Below the pieces are notes generated by a model. That model did no database searches. It worked only from the letters and a program-made list of their open reading frames with translations, and had not been told where the DNA came from. The position numbers and the translations under genes were made by a program. Shown here in pieces: positions 30,801-40,154 of a DNA stretch of 64,000 nt. Each line of letters starts with the position of its first letter. The first letter of the stretch is position 1. The DNA is from Candidatus Krumholzibacteriota bacterium (GTDB lineage: Bacteria; Krumholzibacteriota; Krumholzibacteriia; JAJRXK01), in the NCBI GenBank assembly GCA_963727455.1, contig CAVSGG010000009.1, positions 96,001 through 160,000 of the forward strand, read 5' to 3'.

Positions 30801-31089
30801 TGATCGCGAGGCGTCCGACGCGCTCCGTGAGGTCGTGAAGATCCTGCACGATGCGCGCCGGCGCGGCAGCTTGTTCCCCCGCGTGGTGGATCCAACGGGA
30901 CAGAAAGAACCGGATGCCTGCAAATATTGCGAAGTCTCCGCAGCTTGCGTTCGGGGCGACAGTCAAAGTCGGCAACGGGAGGCCGAATTTTTCCTGAAGT
31001 TGCGCGCACGCCAAGCCGAAAACGAGAAGCTCACGGAGCAACAAGAGCTTCTCCTCGCCCTGTGGGAACTCCCGGGAGCGAAGTCGTGA
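27844..31089 (+). CDS. addB: AddB/RexB-like helicase-nuclease subunit (PD-(D/E)XK, Fe-S)
   Basis: Inactive helicase fold, ARGLTF, C-terminal nuclease RAD..IDFKS, Fe-S cysteines RCP and CKYCEVSAAC. Confidence 0.8.
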   Translation: MGRILTAAGAFAVEELLLAKVDEDQASVATDPALLRKPLRIVVPSRTLQAHLSWRICARRGGVAGLLVQTHLQLAFELFGTDPRNSTKTHDSLFALLLRREAEEHPLLREVLSELVQGTKAVVSSADDLCHAQISPELSEALLDSLDEMERNEASLRARAVLESTFAAQSKFENLQLLSRDGLLARVSSSLRDRDTLRDCARGILIHGYADATGVVTGFLEELLHHPNSAAFLDRPADPAKRDVFDLGIEFSRPFGLRLGESLKLPEIGAGAPQLSAFCAPGASGEAREIARRLRSLLDEEDPPAPESVAIVARALPVHFLDLTEALDDYGVPWRAPQAPGCVDAAGHKLVALLQLLHLDSAFPVDRWLELREYDEKFLKLRLAAATLGAGRLRQLSSLTDGEIAAHSPALKLPIRDGLKPRATGDSSPGDEDSLHLIGQKELRALRDDARALVQRLSSWPSRQSLPRHADTLRGLVLSCLDWTQTNGSAEALRRLEKLLGSYDIPLELSRAEFLALLDERIEELIRVQEDGNGGGVQILDVTKARGLTFSRLFLIGLNRGAFPSSAKEDPLLPDRIRTRLRQVLPDLKSKRERGREERFLFAQLLSSAPQVTLSWWTSDDDGRPLPPSSFVQRLGLRMSEDSSPLVASEEESERVRPRPLREHLLQAALRDDEECFVRLLAPALAESDCAAILPSHPEAWAEATRAVLKEKDLWPGTAPDLGPWMEGPGASAGLWPDLQSDSAFVTKLEALARCPWAYFLERVLRLQPLPDPLASLPLLDRRRVGSVVHKTLERIVERVIGKPPRAGLQAIVEQTAVEVPWPDDPLLARTSEDAALEVLREEGLALPGLARALATCARPYLEVCRQELFSPSPPKVVAAEVSGAVELTQPEGPALRLRFRADMAQRRQEELHLIDFKSSAPFITTIKDASRRRHLLNALHSGTRLQGMSYALSVQQMTQETGWGSYLHLKPDASGLSSWIDFRGDDREASDALREVVKILHDARRRGSLFPRVVDPTGQKEPDACKYCEVSAACVRGDSQSRQREAEFFLKLRARQAENEKLTEQQELLLALWELPGAKS

Positions 31090-34000
31090 ATCGAGAAGCG
31101 GATCGCAGGAACGAATCGAGCGCGGAAGCTTCTCGCACCGCCGACGCCCTGGCACGCCGCGAGGCCCAGAGCAGCTTCGATTTGCCCTTCGTCCTGGAGG
31201 CCGGGGCCGGAACGGGGAAGACCACGGCGCTGATCGCGCGAATCATCTCCTGGATCATGGGTCCAGGCTGGGATAAGAGCCGCGCGCGCCTCGACAAAGG
31301 AAATTCCGACACTTCCGAGGAAGATCTCGCCGCGTCGGTGTTGGACGGCGTGGTCGCCATCACCTTCACCGAGGCGGCGGCGGCCGAAATGGAGACACGA
31401 ACGGGACAGGTCTTAGCGAGTCTGTCCCGCGGGGAGACCCCGCACTTTCTCGTGCCGGACCAGCTTCCCGAGCAAAGCGAGGACCGAGCGAGCCGCGCGG
31501 CCCAGCTGCTGACCAATCTGGATCATCTCCAGGTGCACACCATCCACGCCTGGTGCTCGCGCATCCTGGCGCGCTTTCCCCTGGAGGCGGGGCTGCACCC
31601 CGATTTCCAGGTCGACGCCGACGGGTCCCTCAGGCGCGAGGCCGCCCAGGATATCGTGGAGGAACACCTGCATTCCGCGTACCGGGGCGATTTGGATCCT
31701 GCTCTGAGCGCCCTGGCGCAAGACGGCAAGGGCCCGAAGGACCTGGCGGACGCCCTCACCACTCTGGTCGAACTCGATGTGCGCTCTGACGAGTTGCAGA
31801 ACTCGCCCTTCGCCGAGGAAGAGCTGCGGAACTTCAGCGCAAGGGTACTCGAGATTTTGGCTCAGCTTCCCCAGGAGTTACTCCTTTCCCTCGAGAAGAT
31901 CCCACGCAACAAGAACACGGGCTGCTTCAGCCGCTGGACGATCGCTGCGAGGACCGCGCTCGACACCGAAGCGCCGCGATCCCGTGCCGATTTGGAACGC
32001 TTTTTGGAGCAAGTGCTCAACGAAGATCTGGATGGGGCCAGGACCAAACTCACACAGTGGAAGACAGGGAAATTCAACAAAGGAGAAATGGACGCGATCG
32101 ACGACCCCGAGCGTTCCCTTCTCACGATGGCGGCTCCATCCTTGCTCGAACTCACCGCAGGGCTGCAGAAGCTGCGCCCCTCTCTTCTGGAGGCCGCACT
32201 CCACACCCTGGCTCCTCTACTGGCCGCGGTAGAAAATCGCCTGCACGCCCACGGCATCCTCAGCTACGAGGACCTGCTCAGCCGAACGCGGGATCTCTTG
32301 CGCGCCAGCCCACAGGTGTGTGCGCTCTTGCGGCGGGAGATCGATCAGATTCTCGTCGACGAGTTTCAAGACACCAACGATTTGCAGTGCGAGATCATCC
32401 ACAGTCTCGCTCTGCGCGGCGATCCCGCGCAGCGGCCGGGGCTGTTCCTGGTGGGCGATCCCAAGCAGAGCATCTACGGCTGGCGGGGTGCCGACCTCTC
32501 GGCCTACGACCGCTTCGTTTCGCAGTTGGAAGAGCTGGGCACTCCGCGTCGCAGGCTCAGCGTGAACTTCCGCTCGGTGCCGCAGATTTTGGACGAGGTC
32601 AATCGCACCATCGCTCCCATCATGCAAAGTGAAAAGGAGCTACAGCCTCCCTACCAGTTCCTCTTGCCTTCCCCCTCGAACTTGGAAGAATCCGGCTACC
32701 ACAGCCCGCAGCGGCGCCCCGTGGAGCACTGGGTGTCGGGTCTGCCGCGGGGTCTGAAGGATGCCTCGCTGCGCAGCGGAGAAAGTACCGCGTTGGAGGC
32801 CAGAGGCCTGGCCGCCGATCTGAGCGCCTTGGCGCGGGAGGCCGGCTCCGGCTTCCGTTGGTCGAGTGTCGGGGTTCTGTTTCGATCCGGGGGAGATCTG
32901 GAAATCTACCTGGCGGAGTTACGGCGCGCGCGCATCCCCTACTCGGTAGAGCGGGACCGGCAGTACTTTCGTCGCCGCGAAATCCTCGACGCCACCGCTC
33001 TCTTGGCCGCGGTGGTGGAGCCGGCCGACCATCTCTCGCTACTCACCTTTCTGCGTTCCGCCTGGGTCGGGGTTCCCGATGCCGCCCTTTTGGGTTTGTG
33101 GCGGCGAGAGTTTCCGCGCGCGATGACTCTCCTGCATTCGCCCGAGGAAACGGCACTTCAAAAGATCAGCAAGATCATAGAGGAGACGGCTCGCGAACTC
33201 TCCCCTGCTAGCCCCGCCGTCGCGCGCATCGAGGGTTGGGAAGAATGCCTGTCCCTCACCGTCCAACAGCTCGCGAGTCTGCGTCTGTCCTTGCGCGTCG
33301 ATCGGCCGGAGATCTTCCTCAAGAAACTGCGGCGCTGGACGCAGGCGGAAGCGCGAGACGGGGCGCGCTATCTCGGTCTGTACCGGGTGGCAAACCTGGA
33401 ACGGTTTTTCCGGCAGCTGAGGGACGCGCTCTGTAGTGGCCGCGAAGACGCGCGCGGCTTCCTGGTCAAACTGCGCCGGCAAATGCAGGACGACGCGCAG
33501 GGCCAGGAGGCCAAGCTGCAGGTGGGTTCACGCGACGCGGTGCGGGTGATGAGCATTCACAGAGCCAAGGGCCTCGACTTCGAGCACGTCTACCTGCTTC
33601 AGTGTCACAAGAACCCGCGCCCCAGCCACGCGAACTGGCAAGGAACCAGGATTCCCCAGCCGCGCCATCACTTTGAGCTGCTGCTCATGGACTATCCCAA
33701 CCTGAGTTATGCGCTCTTTGCGAACGCCGCCGAGCGAGTCGGGGGCTTCGAGCGAATCCGCTTGCTCTACGTGGCGCTCACCCGCGCCAAGCAACGTCTG
33801 GTCGTGGCCGGAGGCCGCGACGCCCTACTTGACCCTCCCTACGAAAATGCCCGGAATTTCGCCGAGCTGCTCGCGCCGCGCGCGCACACCGCGAATTTCT
33901 TCGCGGAGGCCGAGAGAGCCCTCTCTGAGGAATCGAGTCTTTTCCTGGAGGAGATCGACGAGGGCGAGGTGCTGTGGCGACTCCTCACGGAAGCGGAGCT

Positions 34001-34775
34001 GGACCCATCGACTTCCCCGAAGCCGCAAGACGAGCTGCGCCCTCTGACTCTCGAGCAGATCCTGCACGACGGAAAGCGTCTGGCGCAGCTGCGCCACAGC
34101 GCCCGGGAGCGCCGCGCACGTCCCTACCACCGCGCCGCATCCGCCCTGGAGCTGGACAGCGCGCCCACGCGACCCGAGGAGGAGGCTCCACTCTCCTCCC
34201 CCTCACCCGAGGCTGGCGGCACGCCTGAGCCTGGCCCCGCGCGCGAGCTTGCGAAGGCCGCGGGAAGCGCGATTCATGCCGCGCTGGAGCACTACGACTT
34301 CTCCCTGGCGCCGGAGGAGGCCTTCGAGAATTTGCGCGCCACCGCCCATGCCGTCCTCCCCCGGCTGATCGCGCCGGAGCAGCTGGAGCAGGCCCGCGTC
34401 CTCTGCGACTCCATCCTGGAGCTTCTGCAGGGTTCCAAACTTCTGCGCCGTCTGCGTGAGCTGGAAAAGGCGGTGCTCGGTCGTGAAGTTCCGATCTTGA
34501 CTTCTGCGCCGCCCGAAAGCTCCGCCGCCCCCTTGGGATTTTGCCCGGGATTCGTCGATCTGCTGTACCGGGATCCCGCCTCGGGCGAAGTCGTCGTGGC
34601 GGACTACAAGACCGACCGCGTGGAGGGGGCGAAGGAGCTGGCGCAGCGTGCGCGCCACTACGAGCAGCAGGGCAGAATCTACTGCCAAGCTCTTCAGCAG
34701 GCCCTGGGGCCCGAGCAGAGAGTGCGCTTCGAGCTGTGGTTCCTGCGCCACGATCGGATCGAGAGAATCAGCTGA
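31086..34775 (+). CDS. addA: AddA/UvrD-family helicase-nuclease
   Basis: EAGAGTGKT, ITFT, DEFQDT, GDPKQSIYGWRGAD, NFRS, SIHRAKGL, YVALTRA, nuclease VD..DYKT; GTGA overlap with addB. Confidence 0.9.
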   Translation: MNREADRRNESSAEASRTADALARREAQSSFDLPFVLEAGAGTGKTTALIARIISWIMGPGWDKSRARLDKGNSDTSEEDLAASVLDGVVAITFTEAAAAEMETRTGQVLASLSRGETPHFLVPDQLPEQSEDRASRAAQLLTNLDHLQVHTIHAWCSRILARFPLEAGLHPDFQVDADGSLRREAAQDIVEEHLHSAYRGDLDPALSALAQDGKGPKDLADALTTLVELDVRSDELQNSPFAEEELRNFSARVLEILAQLPQELLLSLEKIPRNKNTGCFSRWTIAARTALDTEAPRSRADLERFLEQVLNEDLDGARTKLTQWKTGKFNKGEMDAIDDPERSLLTMAAPSLLELTAGLQKLRPSLLEAALHTLAPLLAAVENRLHAHGILSYEDLLSRTRDLLRASPQVCALLRREIDQILVDEFQDTNDLQCEIIHSLALRGDPAQRPGLFLVGDPKQSIYGWRGADLSAYDRFVSQLEELGTPRRRLSVNFRSVPQILDEVNRTIAPIMQSEKELQPPYQFLLPSPSNLEESGYHSPQRRPVEHWVSGLPRGLKDASLRSGESTALEARGLAADLSALAREAGSGFRWSSVGVLFRSGGDLEIYLAELRRARIPYSVERDRQYFRRREILDATALLAAVVEPADHLSLLTFLRSAWVGVPDAALLGLWRREFPRAMTLLHSPEETALQKISKIIEETARELSPASPAVARIEGWEECLSLTVQQLASLRLSLRVDRPEIFLKKLRRWTQAEARDGARYLGLYRVANLERFFRQLRDALCSGREDARGFLVKLRRQMQDDAQGQEAKLQVGSRDAVRVMSIHRAKGLDFEHVYLLQCHKNPRPSHANWQGTRIPQPRHHFELLLMDYPNLSYALFANAAERVGGFERIRLLYVALTRAKQRLVVAGGRDALLDPPYENARNFAELLAPRAHTANFFAEAERALSEESSLFLEEIDEGEVLWRLLTEAELDPSTSPKPQDELRPLTLEQILHDGKRLAQLRHSARERRARPYHRAASALELDSAPTRPEEEAPLSSPSPEAGGTPEPGPARELAKAAGSAIHAALEHYDFSLAPEEAFENLRATAHAVLPRLIAPEQLEQARVLCDSILELLQGSKLLRRLRELEKAVLGREVPILTSAPPESSAAPLGFCPGFVDLLYRDPASGEVVVADYKTDRVEGAKELAQRARHYEQQGRIYCQALQQALGPEQRVRFELWFLRHDRIERIS

Positions 34776-34977
34776 GCGATCGCGCGTTTGGCCCGGCCCT
34801 GCACGGCCCGAACGTCTCGCTTCGGTTTGAAATTCCCTTGCGCGCCGTATCTGAGCACCGATCATTGGACCAAACGGAGCTTTTACTGCGGTTGAAGCTC
34901 CCGCTGTACTGTGGCAGAATTCGGCGATTCCTGCCGCCCAGACCGGACGATCTCTCCTTCAAGTCAGAGGTATCATC

Positions 34978-37341
34978 GTGGCCACCACCCACTCGCAATC
35001 ATCGGTAGAAGAGCTCGTGGCAGCACAGACTGCGAACTACGCCCACTGGGAGTTCATCAAGGACTGCATCGATCAGCTCATCGACATGATGCTCAACTAC
35101 CGCCAGAGCGGGCATCCGGGCGGAAGTCGTTCGAAAGTGCACGCCCTGGTGGCCACCACCCTGGGTGGGGCCATGCGCTGGGACATTCGCCGCCCCGAGC
35201 ATCCCTTCGCCGACCGCTTCATCCTCGTGGCCGGGCACTGTGCCCCTCTGGTCTACGCCACGCTGCCGATCTACCACGAGGCCCTGCGGGAGATGTACAA
35301 GCGCACCGGCGACGCCCGTTACCAGGTGAAGGATGCGCGGGAACGCGCGCTGTACTGGGAAGACCTCATGGGTTTCCGGCACCATGGTGGTCTGGCCGGT
35401 CACGCGGAATTCGAGGGCAAGACCATGTTCTTCAAGTTCAACACGGGTCCCAGCGGGCACGGAACTCCTCCCGCCGCGGGGGAAGCGATGGCCTTGATGC
35501 GGGCCGGGCTCTCCGATGTGAGAGTCTTCGCCCTGGAAGGGGAAGGCGGACACAGCGCGGGCGCGAACCACGAGACGAAGAACGCGGCGTGGGGTCTGGG
35601 ACTGTCCAACCTCTGCTACCTGCTCGACTGGAACGACTACGGTATCGACTCCTTCGCACACTCCAGCGTCGTTCACGGCACGCCCGCCGATTGGTTCGCT
35701 CCCTACGGCTGGCGCATTCACGGCGCCGAGAAGGGGAGCGAGTGGGCGCACATCACGCCCGCGATCCTGGAGATGGTGCACGAGGACGACAGGGGCGATC
35801 GGCCGGGCGTCGCCTGGTTCAAGACGCGCAAGGGTCGCGGCTACGGAAAGTACGACAACGCCAGTCACGGTTCACCGCACAAGACGAACAGCAAGGAATA
35901 CTGGGAAACCAAGCGCGTGTTTGCGGAGAAGTACGGTGTGCAATTCGAGGGTTTCGGTGAACCCGCGCCCGAGGATCCCGCAGCCTTCCGCGCGCAGGTC
36001 ATCGCGAACTATCAAAAGGTGATCGATCTCTTCCACTCCAAAGAGGATACGATGAAGTACCTCGCGGACCGGCTGGTCGAGCTGGGCGAGAGCGTGCCCG
36101 AAGAGATCCCCGGCTTCAAACTCGGTCGCAAGGGCAACCCCCTGAACGACCCCAAGCTCTTCGATTTCGAGAGCTATCCCGCCGAGATCTGGAAGAAGCC
36201 GGGAGAGAAGGCGCCCAATCGCGCGGCTCTGGCCTCCTTCGGATCCTGGATCAACTCCTACTGCAAGAAGCACTACGGCCAGCCCCTGGTTCTGGCCATG
36301 AGCGCGGATCTCGCGGACAGCACGAACATCAGCGGATTCTGCCAGGACTTCGGCGAGATGAAGAACTTCGGCCGCTATCAGCGCGACGAGAATCCCGACG
36401 GCTGCCTGCTTCCCATGGAGATCACCGAGTTCAGCAACGCCGGAATCAGCGCCGGAATCAGCGCGGTGAACATGGCGAAGAAGCCCACCGAGGAATTCCT
36501 GGGCTTTTACAGCGCCTGTTCGACTTACGGATCCTTCTCCTATCTGAAGTACGGCCCTCTGCGGCTGTTCAGTCAGATGTCGCAGGATTGCGAACTCAAA
36601 CTGGGGAAGGTCATCTGGGTGGCCGGTCACAGCGGTCCGGAAACCGCGGACGATAGCCGCACCCACTTCGGGATCTTCGGCCCTGGAGTGACTCAGCTCT
36701 TCCCCGACGGCCACGTCTGTGACCTCCACCCCTTCGAGTACAACGAGGTGCCGGTGATGCTGGCAACCGCGCTGAAGGGTCCCTGGCCCATCGTGGCGCT
36801 GCATCTCACGAGGCCGCCGGTCGAGATCCCCGATCGCGAGAAGCTGGGGATGGGTCACTACTTCGAGGCGGCCAAGGGCGCATACGTCCTACGCGACTAC
36901 CGCAAGGACCAGCCCAAGGGCGGCTGCATCTTCGTGCAGGGAACCATGTCCACCGCCAATACCATTGCCATCCTCCCCGAGCTGGACAAGCGGGGGCTCA
37001 ACGTGAAGATCGTGGCCGCGGTGAGCCCGCAGCTCTTCGCCGCGCAGACGCGCGAATATCAGGACCGCATCATCAGCCAGGCCGACAAGTGGGATTCGAC
37101 TTTCATCACCAATCGCTCGCGGCGCCTCTTCTACGACTGGATCTACAACCCGCTGGCCGCCGAGTACGCGCTGAGCAGCGACCACGACGATCGCTGGCGG
37201 ACGGGGGGCACTCTGGACGAGGTGATCGCGGAGGCGGGGCTGGATCCGGCGAGCATCGTGGCGGGAATCGAGCGATTCGTGAGAGACCGCGACAAGCGTA
37301 TGGCGCGCCTCAGCGAGGGCGTGAATCAGGCCAGGGCCTGA
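34978..37341 (+). CDS. Transketolase-family ThDP enzyme (atypical, 787 aa)
   Basis: QSGHPGGS, DRFIL.AGH, GH.E, NTGPSGHG, HG, SADLADST, ITE, STYGSF, HSG...DSRTH. Confidence 0.8.
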   Translation: MATTHSQSSVEELVAAQTANYAHWEFIKDCIDQLIDMMLNYRQSGHPGGSRSKVHALVATTLGGAMRWDIRRPEHPFADRFILVAGHCAPLVYATLPIYHEALREMYKRTGDARYQVKDARERALYWEDLMGFRHHGGLAGHAEFEGKTMFFKFNTGPSGHGTPPAAGEAMALMRAGLSDVRVFALEGEGGHSAGANHETKNAAWGLGLSNLCYLLDWNDYGIDSFAHSSVVHGTPADWFAPYGWRIHGAEKGSEWAHITPAILEMVHEDDRGDRPGVAWFKTRKGRGYGKYDNASHGSPHKTNSKEYWETKRVFAEKYGVQFEGFGEPAPEDPAAFRAQVIANYQKVIDLFHSKEDTMKYLADRLVELGESVPEEIPGFKLGRKGNPLNDPKLFDFESYPAEIWKKPGEKAPNRAALASFGSWINSYCKKHYGQPLVLAMSADLADSTNISGFCQDFGEMKNFGRYQRDENPDGCLLPMEITEFSNAGISAGISAVNMAKKPTEEFLGFYSACSTYGSFSYLKYGPLRLFSQMSQDCELKLGKVIWVAGHSGPETADDSRTHFGIFGPGVTQLFPDGHVCDLHPFEYNEVPVMLATALKGPWPIVALHLTRPPVEIPDREKLGMGHYFEAAKGAYVLRDYRKDQPKGGCIFVQGTMSTANTIAILPELDKRGLNVKIVAAVSPQLFAAQTREYQDRIISQADKWDSTFITNRSRRLFYDWIYNPLAAEYALSSDHDDRWRTGGTLDEVIAEAGLDPASIVAGIERFVRDRDKRMARLSEGVNQARA

Positions 37342-37363
37342 GACTGAGCGGACGCAGCGCGCT

Positions 37364-37414
37364 TCGTCAGCGCCAGGCCGAGAGAGGGCGTTCCTCTCGT
37401 CAGCGCCAGGCCGA
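37364..37414 (+). repeat. 18-bp direct repeat flanking a small hairpin
   Basis: TCGTCAGCGCCAGGCCGA at 37364-37381 and 37397-37414; GAGAGG-GCGTT-CCTCTC hairpin between them. Confidence 0.85.
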
Positions 37415-38779
37415 AAGTCCTCGTTCCTCCGCCGTACCGGGGATGGTGTTGTCCAGGATCAGCGCGCTCACCGCGCCGACCGCCATCCCCGTCTGACCGA
37501 GTGTGTTGACGATGTTGGCCAGCCACTCCGGAGCAAAGTGCGCCGGAGTCTGCGTGAAATATTCCGGCACTGACAGACCCATGAAGAACGCAAAGCCGAG
37601 AATGAACAGGTTGCGCGCCGAGTTCAGGTCCACGAATTGTAGGTTCGAGAGGCCGACCGCCGCGATCATGCCGAACATGGCGCAGTACATTCCTCCCACG
37701 ATGGGCTGGGGGATCGTGGTGAAGAGAGCGCCGAATTTCCCGAAGGCGCCAAAGATAAGCATGATTACCGCACCCACCTGCACCACTCTGCGGCTGCCGA
37801 CCCGGGTGAGACCGATCGCGCCGATGTTCTCGCTGTAAGAGGTGGTGCCATTGCCCGTGCCGATGATCCCCGCGACCAGGCAGCCCACACCCTCCATGCC
37901 GATACCGCGGTTGATCTCGCGCGCCCTGGGCACCGGTGCGCCCGCCAGGCGGGCACAGGCGTAGTAGTCGCCGACCGATTCGACCATGGAAGCGAGATAG
38001 CCCGCCAGCATCCCGACGATCCCGGCCGCGCTGAATACGGGCCATCCCCACTGCATGGGATAGGGCACGCGAACCCAGGGCGCGGCGGCGACGTTCGCGA
38101 GAGAGACGTGGGCGGGATGTCCAGGCCCGAACACGCCGAGAGCGGTGAGCAGAGCCGACATCCCCCAGGCGAGCAGGATTCCCAGCATGATCGGAAAGAG
38201 CTCGAAGGCGCGATGCGTGCGCCTCATGTACTGGCTGAAGACGATGATGAGGGCAATGGTCAGCCCCCCGATGCCCCAGTTCTCGCCCGCGATGGGAGCG
38301 CCGAAGCGAAAGAGGGAGAGGCCGATGAGCGCGATGGTGGGAGCGATGGTGATGGGACCCACGAAGCGCAAGAGGCGGCCCATGAGCCCGGAATACCCCA
38401 CCGCGATTTCCACCAGTGATCCGGCGATCACCGCACCCTGTACGTGCTGCAAGCGAACTTGCCAGCCCGCATTGGCCAGAGCGGCCATCCCGCAGATCGC
38501 GATGGCGGGTGAGAGAAAGGAAAAGGTGCCGCCCTGGACCAGAGGCAGCCGGTTGCCCCAGGTGGTCTGCAGGAAGGTGGTGATCCCGCTCACGAAGAAC
38601 ATGGTGGAGATGAGCCAACCCAGCTGTACCGGCTTGTCGCTGAGTCCCAGCGGCTCACTCAAGAGTAGCGGGATGGCCACCGTCGAACCGAACATCGTCA
38701 GGTAGTGCTGGAAACCGAGCGGAATGGTCTCTCGCAGCGGCGGGATGTCGTCGATCGCGTAGATGAGCTTGTGTTTCAT
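37400..38779 (-). CDS. NCS2 nucleobase:cation symporter (uracil/xanthine permease)
   Basis: QHYL in TM1, ESVGD, signature TTSYSENIGAIGLTRVGSRRV; multiple TMs. Confidence 0.92.
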   Translation of the reverse strand: MKHKLIYAIDDIPPLRETIPLGFQHYLTMFGSTVAIPLLLSEPLGLSDKPVQLGWLISTMFFVSGITTFLQTTWGNRLPLVQGGTFSFLSPAIAICGMAALANAGWQVRLQHVQGAVIAGSLVEIAVGYSGLMGRLLRFVGPITIAPTIALIGLSLFRFGAPIAGENWGIGGLTIALIIVFSQYMRRTHRAFELFPIMLGILLAWGMSALLTALGVFGPGHPAHVSLANVAAAPWVRVPYPMQWGWPVFSAAGIVGMLAGYLASMVESVGDYYACARLAGAPVPRAREINRGIGMEGVGCLVAGIIGTGNGTTSYSENIGAIGLTRVGSRRVVQVGAVIMLIFGAFGKFGALFTTIPQPIVGGMYCAMFGMIAAVGLSNLQFVDLNSARNLFILGFAFFMGLSVPEYFTQTPAHFAPEWLANIVNTLGQTGMAVGAVSALILDNTIPGTAEERGLSAWR

Positions 38780-40152
38780 CGAAGCTCATCCAGGCCGCCG
38801 GGCACGAAGTCGCGTCCCTCGCGGACTCGCGCGTCCCAGGTATCCACCTCCGGGGCCCGGCGCTGCTCGACCATGCTGATACAGCCCTCTACCGGACACA
38901 CGAGCCAGCACAGATTGCAGCCCACGCACTCCGTTTCGTCGACCCAGGGCACGCGATAGGGCTCGAGGCTCGTGTCCCCGGCGTCGATCTTCTGTTGCCG
39001 CTGCGCGGCAACGCGCTTCGCCTCTTCCGCCATGGGCGCATGATGGCCTTCGATGGGATCCTCACCCGGCAGGTGAATGCACTGGTGGGCTCCATCCCAG
39101 CAGGAGACATGGCAGCGCAGGCACCCGATGCAGCTCTCGGTATCGATCTTCGCGACGACGTGATAGTTGAGATCGAGCTCGCCCCATTCCTTGAAGTGCG
39201 GCACGGCCAGACCCACGAGTTCATCGACCGAGCGCATGCCCTTTTGGTCGAGAAATTCGCTGAGACCTTCGATCATGTCCTCGACGATACGGTAGCCATA
39301 GTGCATGACCGCGGTGCAGACCTGCACGCTCTTGGCCCCCAAGGCCAAGAATTCGGCGGCGTCGCGCCAGTTGCCGATACCACCGATGCCCGAGATGGGC
39401 AGACCGAAGTCGCGCGCCCGGGCCAGTTCGGCGACCATGCGCAGCGCGATCGGTTTCACGGCGGGACCGCAGTAACCTCCGTGCGAGGAGGAGCCAGCCA
39501 CGCTGGGCAAGGGAGACAGGGTGTCGAGATCCACGCCCACGACGCTCTTGATGGTGTTGATCAAGGAAACCGCGGTCGCGCCGCCCTCCTTGGCCGCCAT
39601 ACCGGGCTCCAAAATTTCCGAGACGTTCGGGGTGAGTTTGACGATCACCGGCAGTTTGGTGTCCTCTCTCACCCAGGAGACCAGTTGCTTCAGGACCTTG
39701 GGCTCCTGCCCCACCGCCGATCCCATTCCGCGTTCGCACATCCCGTGAGGACATCCGAAATTCAGCTCGACCCCGTCGCAACCCGTATCCTCGCAGCGTT
39801 TCAGGATGTCGCGCCACTCCTCGCGCGTATCGAACATCAGTGAGACGATGACGGCGTGCTCGGGATAGCGGCGCTTCACCTCGGCGATCTCTTTCAGATT
39901 CACCGCCAGAGAGCGATCGGTGATGAGCTCGATGTTGTTGAGGCCCATCATCCTGCGATCGGCCAGATCGACCGAGCCGAGACGGCTGGAGACGTTCACG
40001 ATGGGTTGACCCAGAGTCTTCCAGACCGCTCCCCCCCAACCCGCGTCGAAGGCGCGCATGATCTGCTCACCGGAATTGGTTGGCGGCGCCGAGGCGAGCC
40101 AGAAGGGATTGGGGCTCTTGATCCCGGCAAAGTCGATGGAAAGATCCGCCAT
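38776..40152 (-). CDS. preA: NAD-dependent dihydropyrimidine dehydrogenase subunit PreA
   Basis: NPFWLASAPPT, WKT, LNNIELI, ELNFGCPHGM, KLTPN, two C-terminal CxxCxxCxxxC motifs. Confidence 0.93.
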   Translation of the reverse strand: MADLSIDFAGIKSPNPFWLASAPPTNSGEQIMRAFDAGWGGAVWKTLGQPIVNVSSRLGSVDLADRRMMGLNNIELITDRSLAVNLKEIAEVKRRYPEHAVIVSLMFDTREEWRDILKRCEDTGCDGVELNFGCPHGMCERGMGSAVGQEPKVLKQLVSWVREDTKLPVIVKLTPNVSEILEPGMAAKEGGATAVSLINTIKSVVGVDLDTLSPLPSVAGSSSHGGYCGPAVKPIALRMVAELARARDFGLPISGIGGIGNWRDAAEFLALGAKSVQVCTAVMHYGYRIVEDMIEGLSEFLDQKGMRSVDELVGLAVPHFKEWGELDLNYHVVAKIDTESCIGCLRCHVSCWDGAHQCIHLPGEDPIEGHHAPMAEEAKRVAAQRQQKIDAGDTSLEPYRVPWVDETECVGCNLCWLVCPVEGCISMVEQRRAPEVDTWDARVREGRDFVPGGLDELR

Positions 40153-40154
40153 GC

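Noticed and set aside
27844-34775. Helicase/nuclease pair as an anti-phage or Cas4-linked system
   Set aside because: Size, order and motifs fit housekeeping AddAB; no cas genes or repeat array nearby.
37364-37414. Direct repeat as a mini-CRISPR
   Set aside because: Only two 18-bp copies with a 15-bp spacer, one of them coding; no cas genes.
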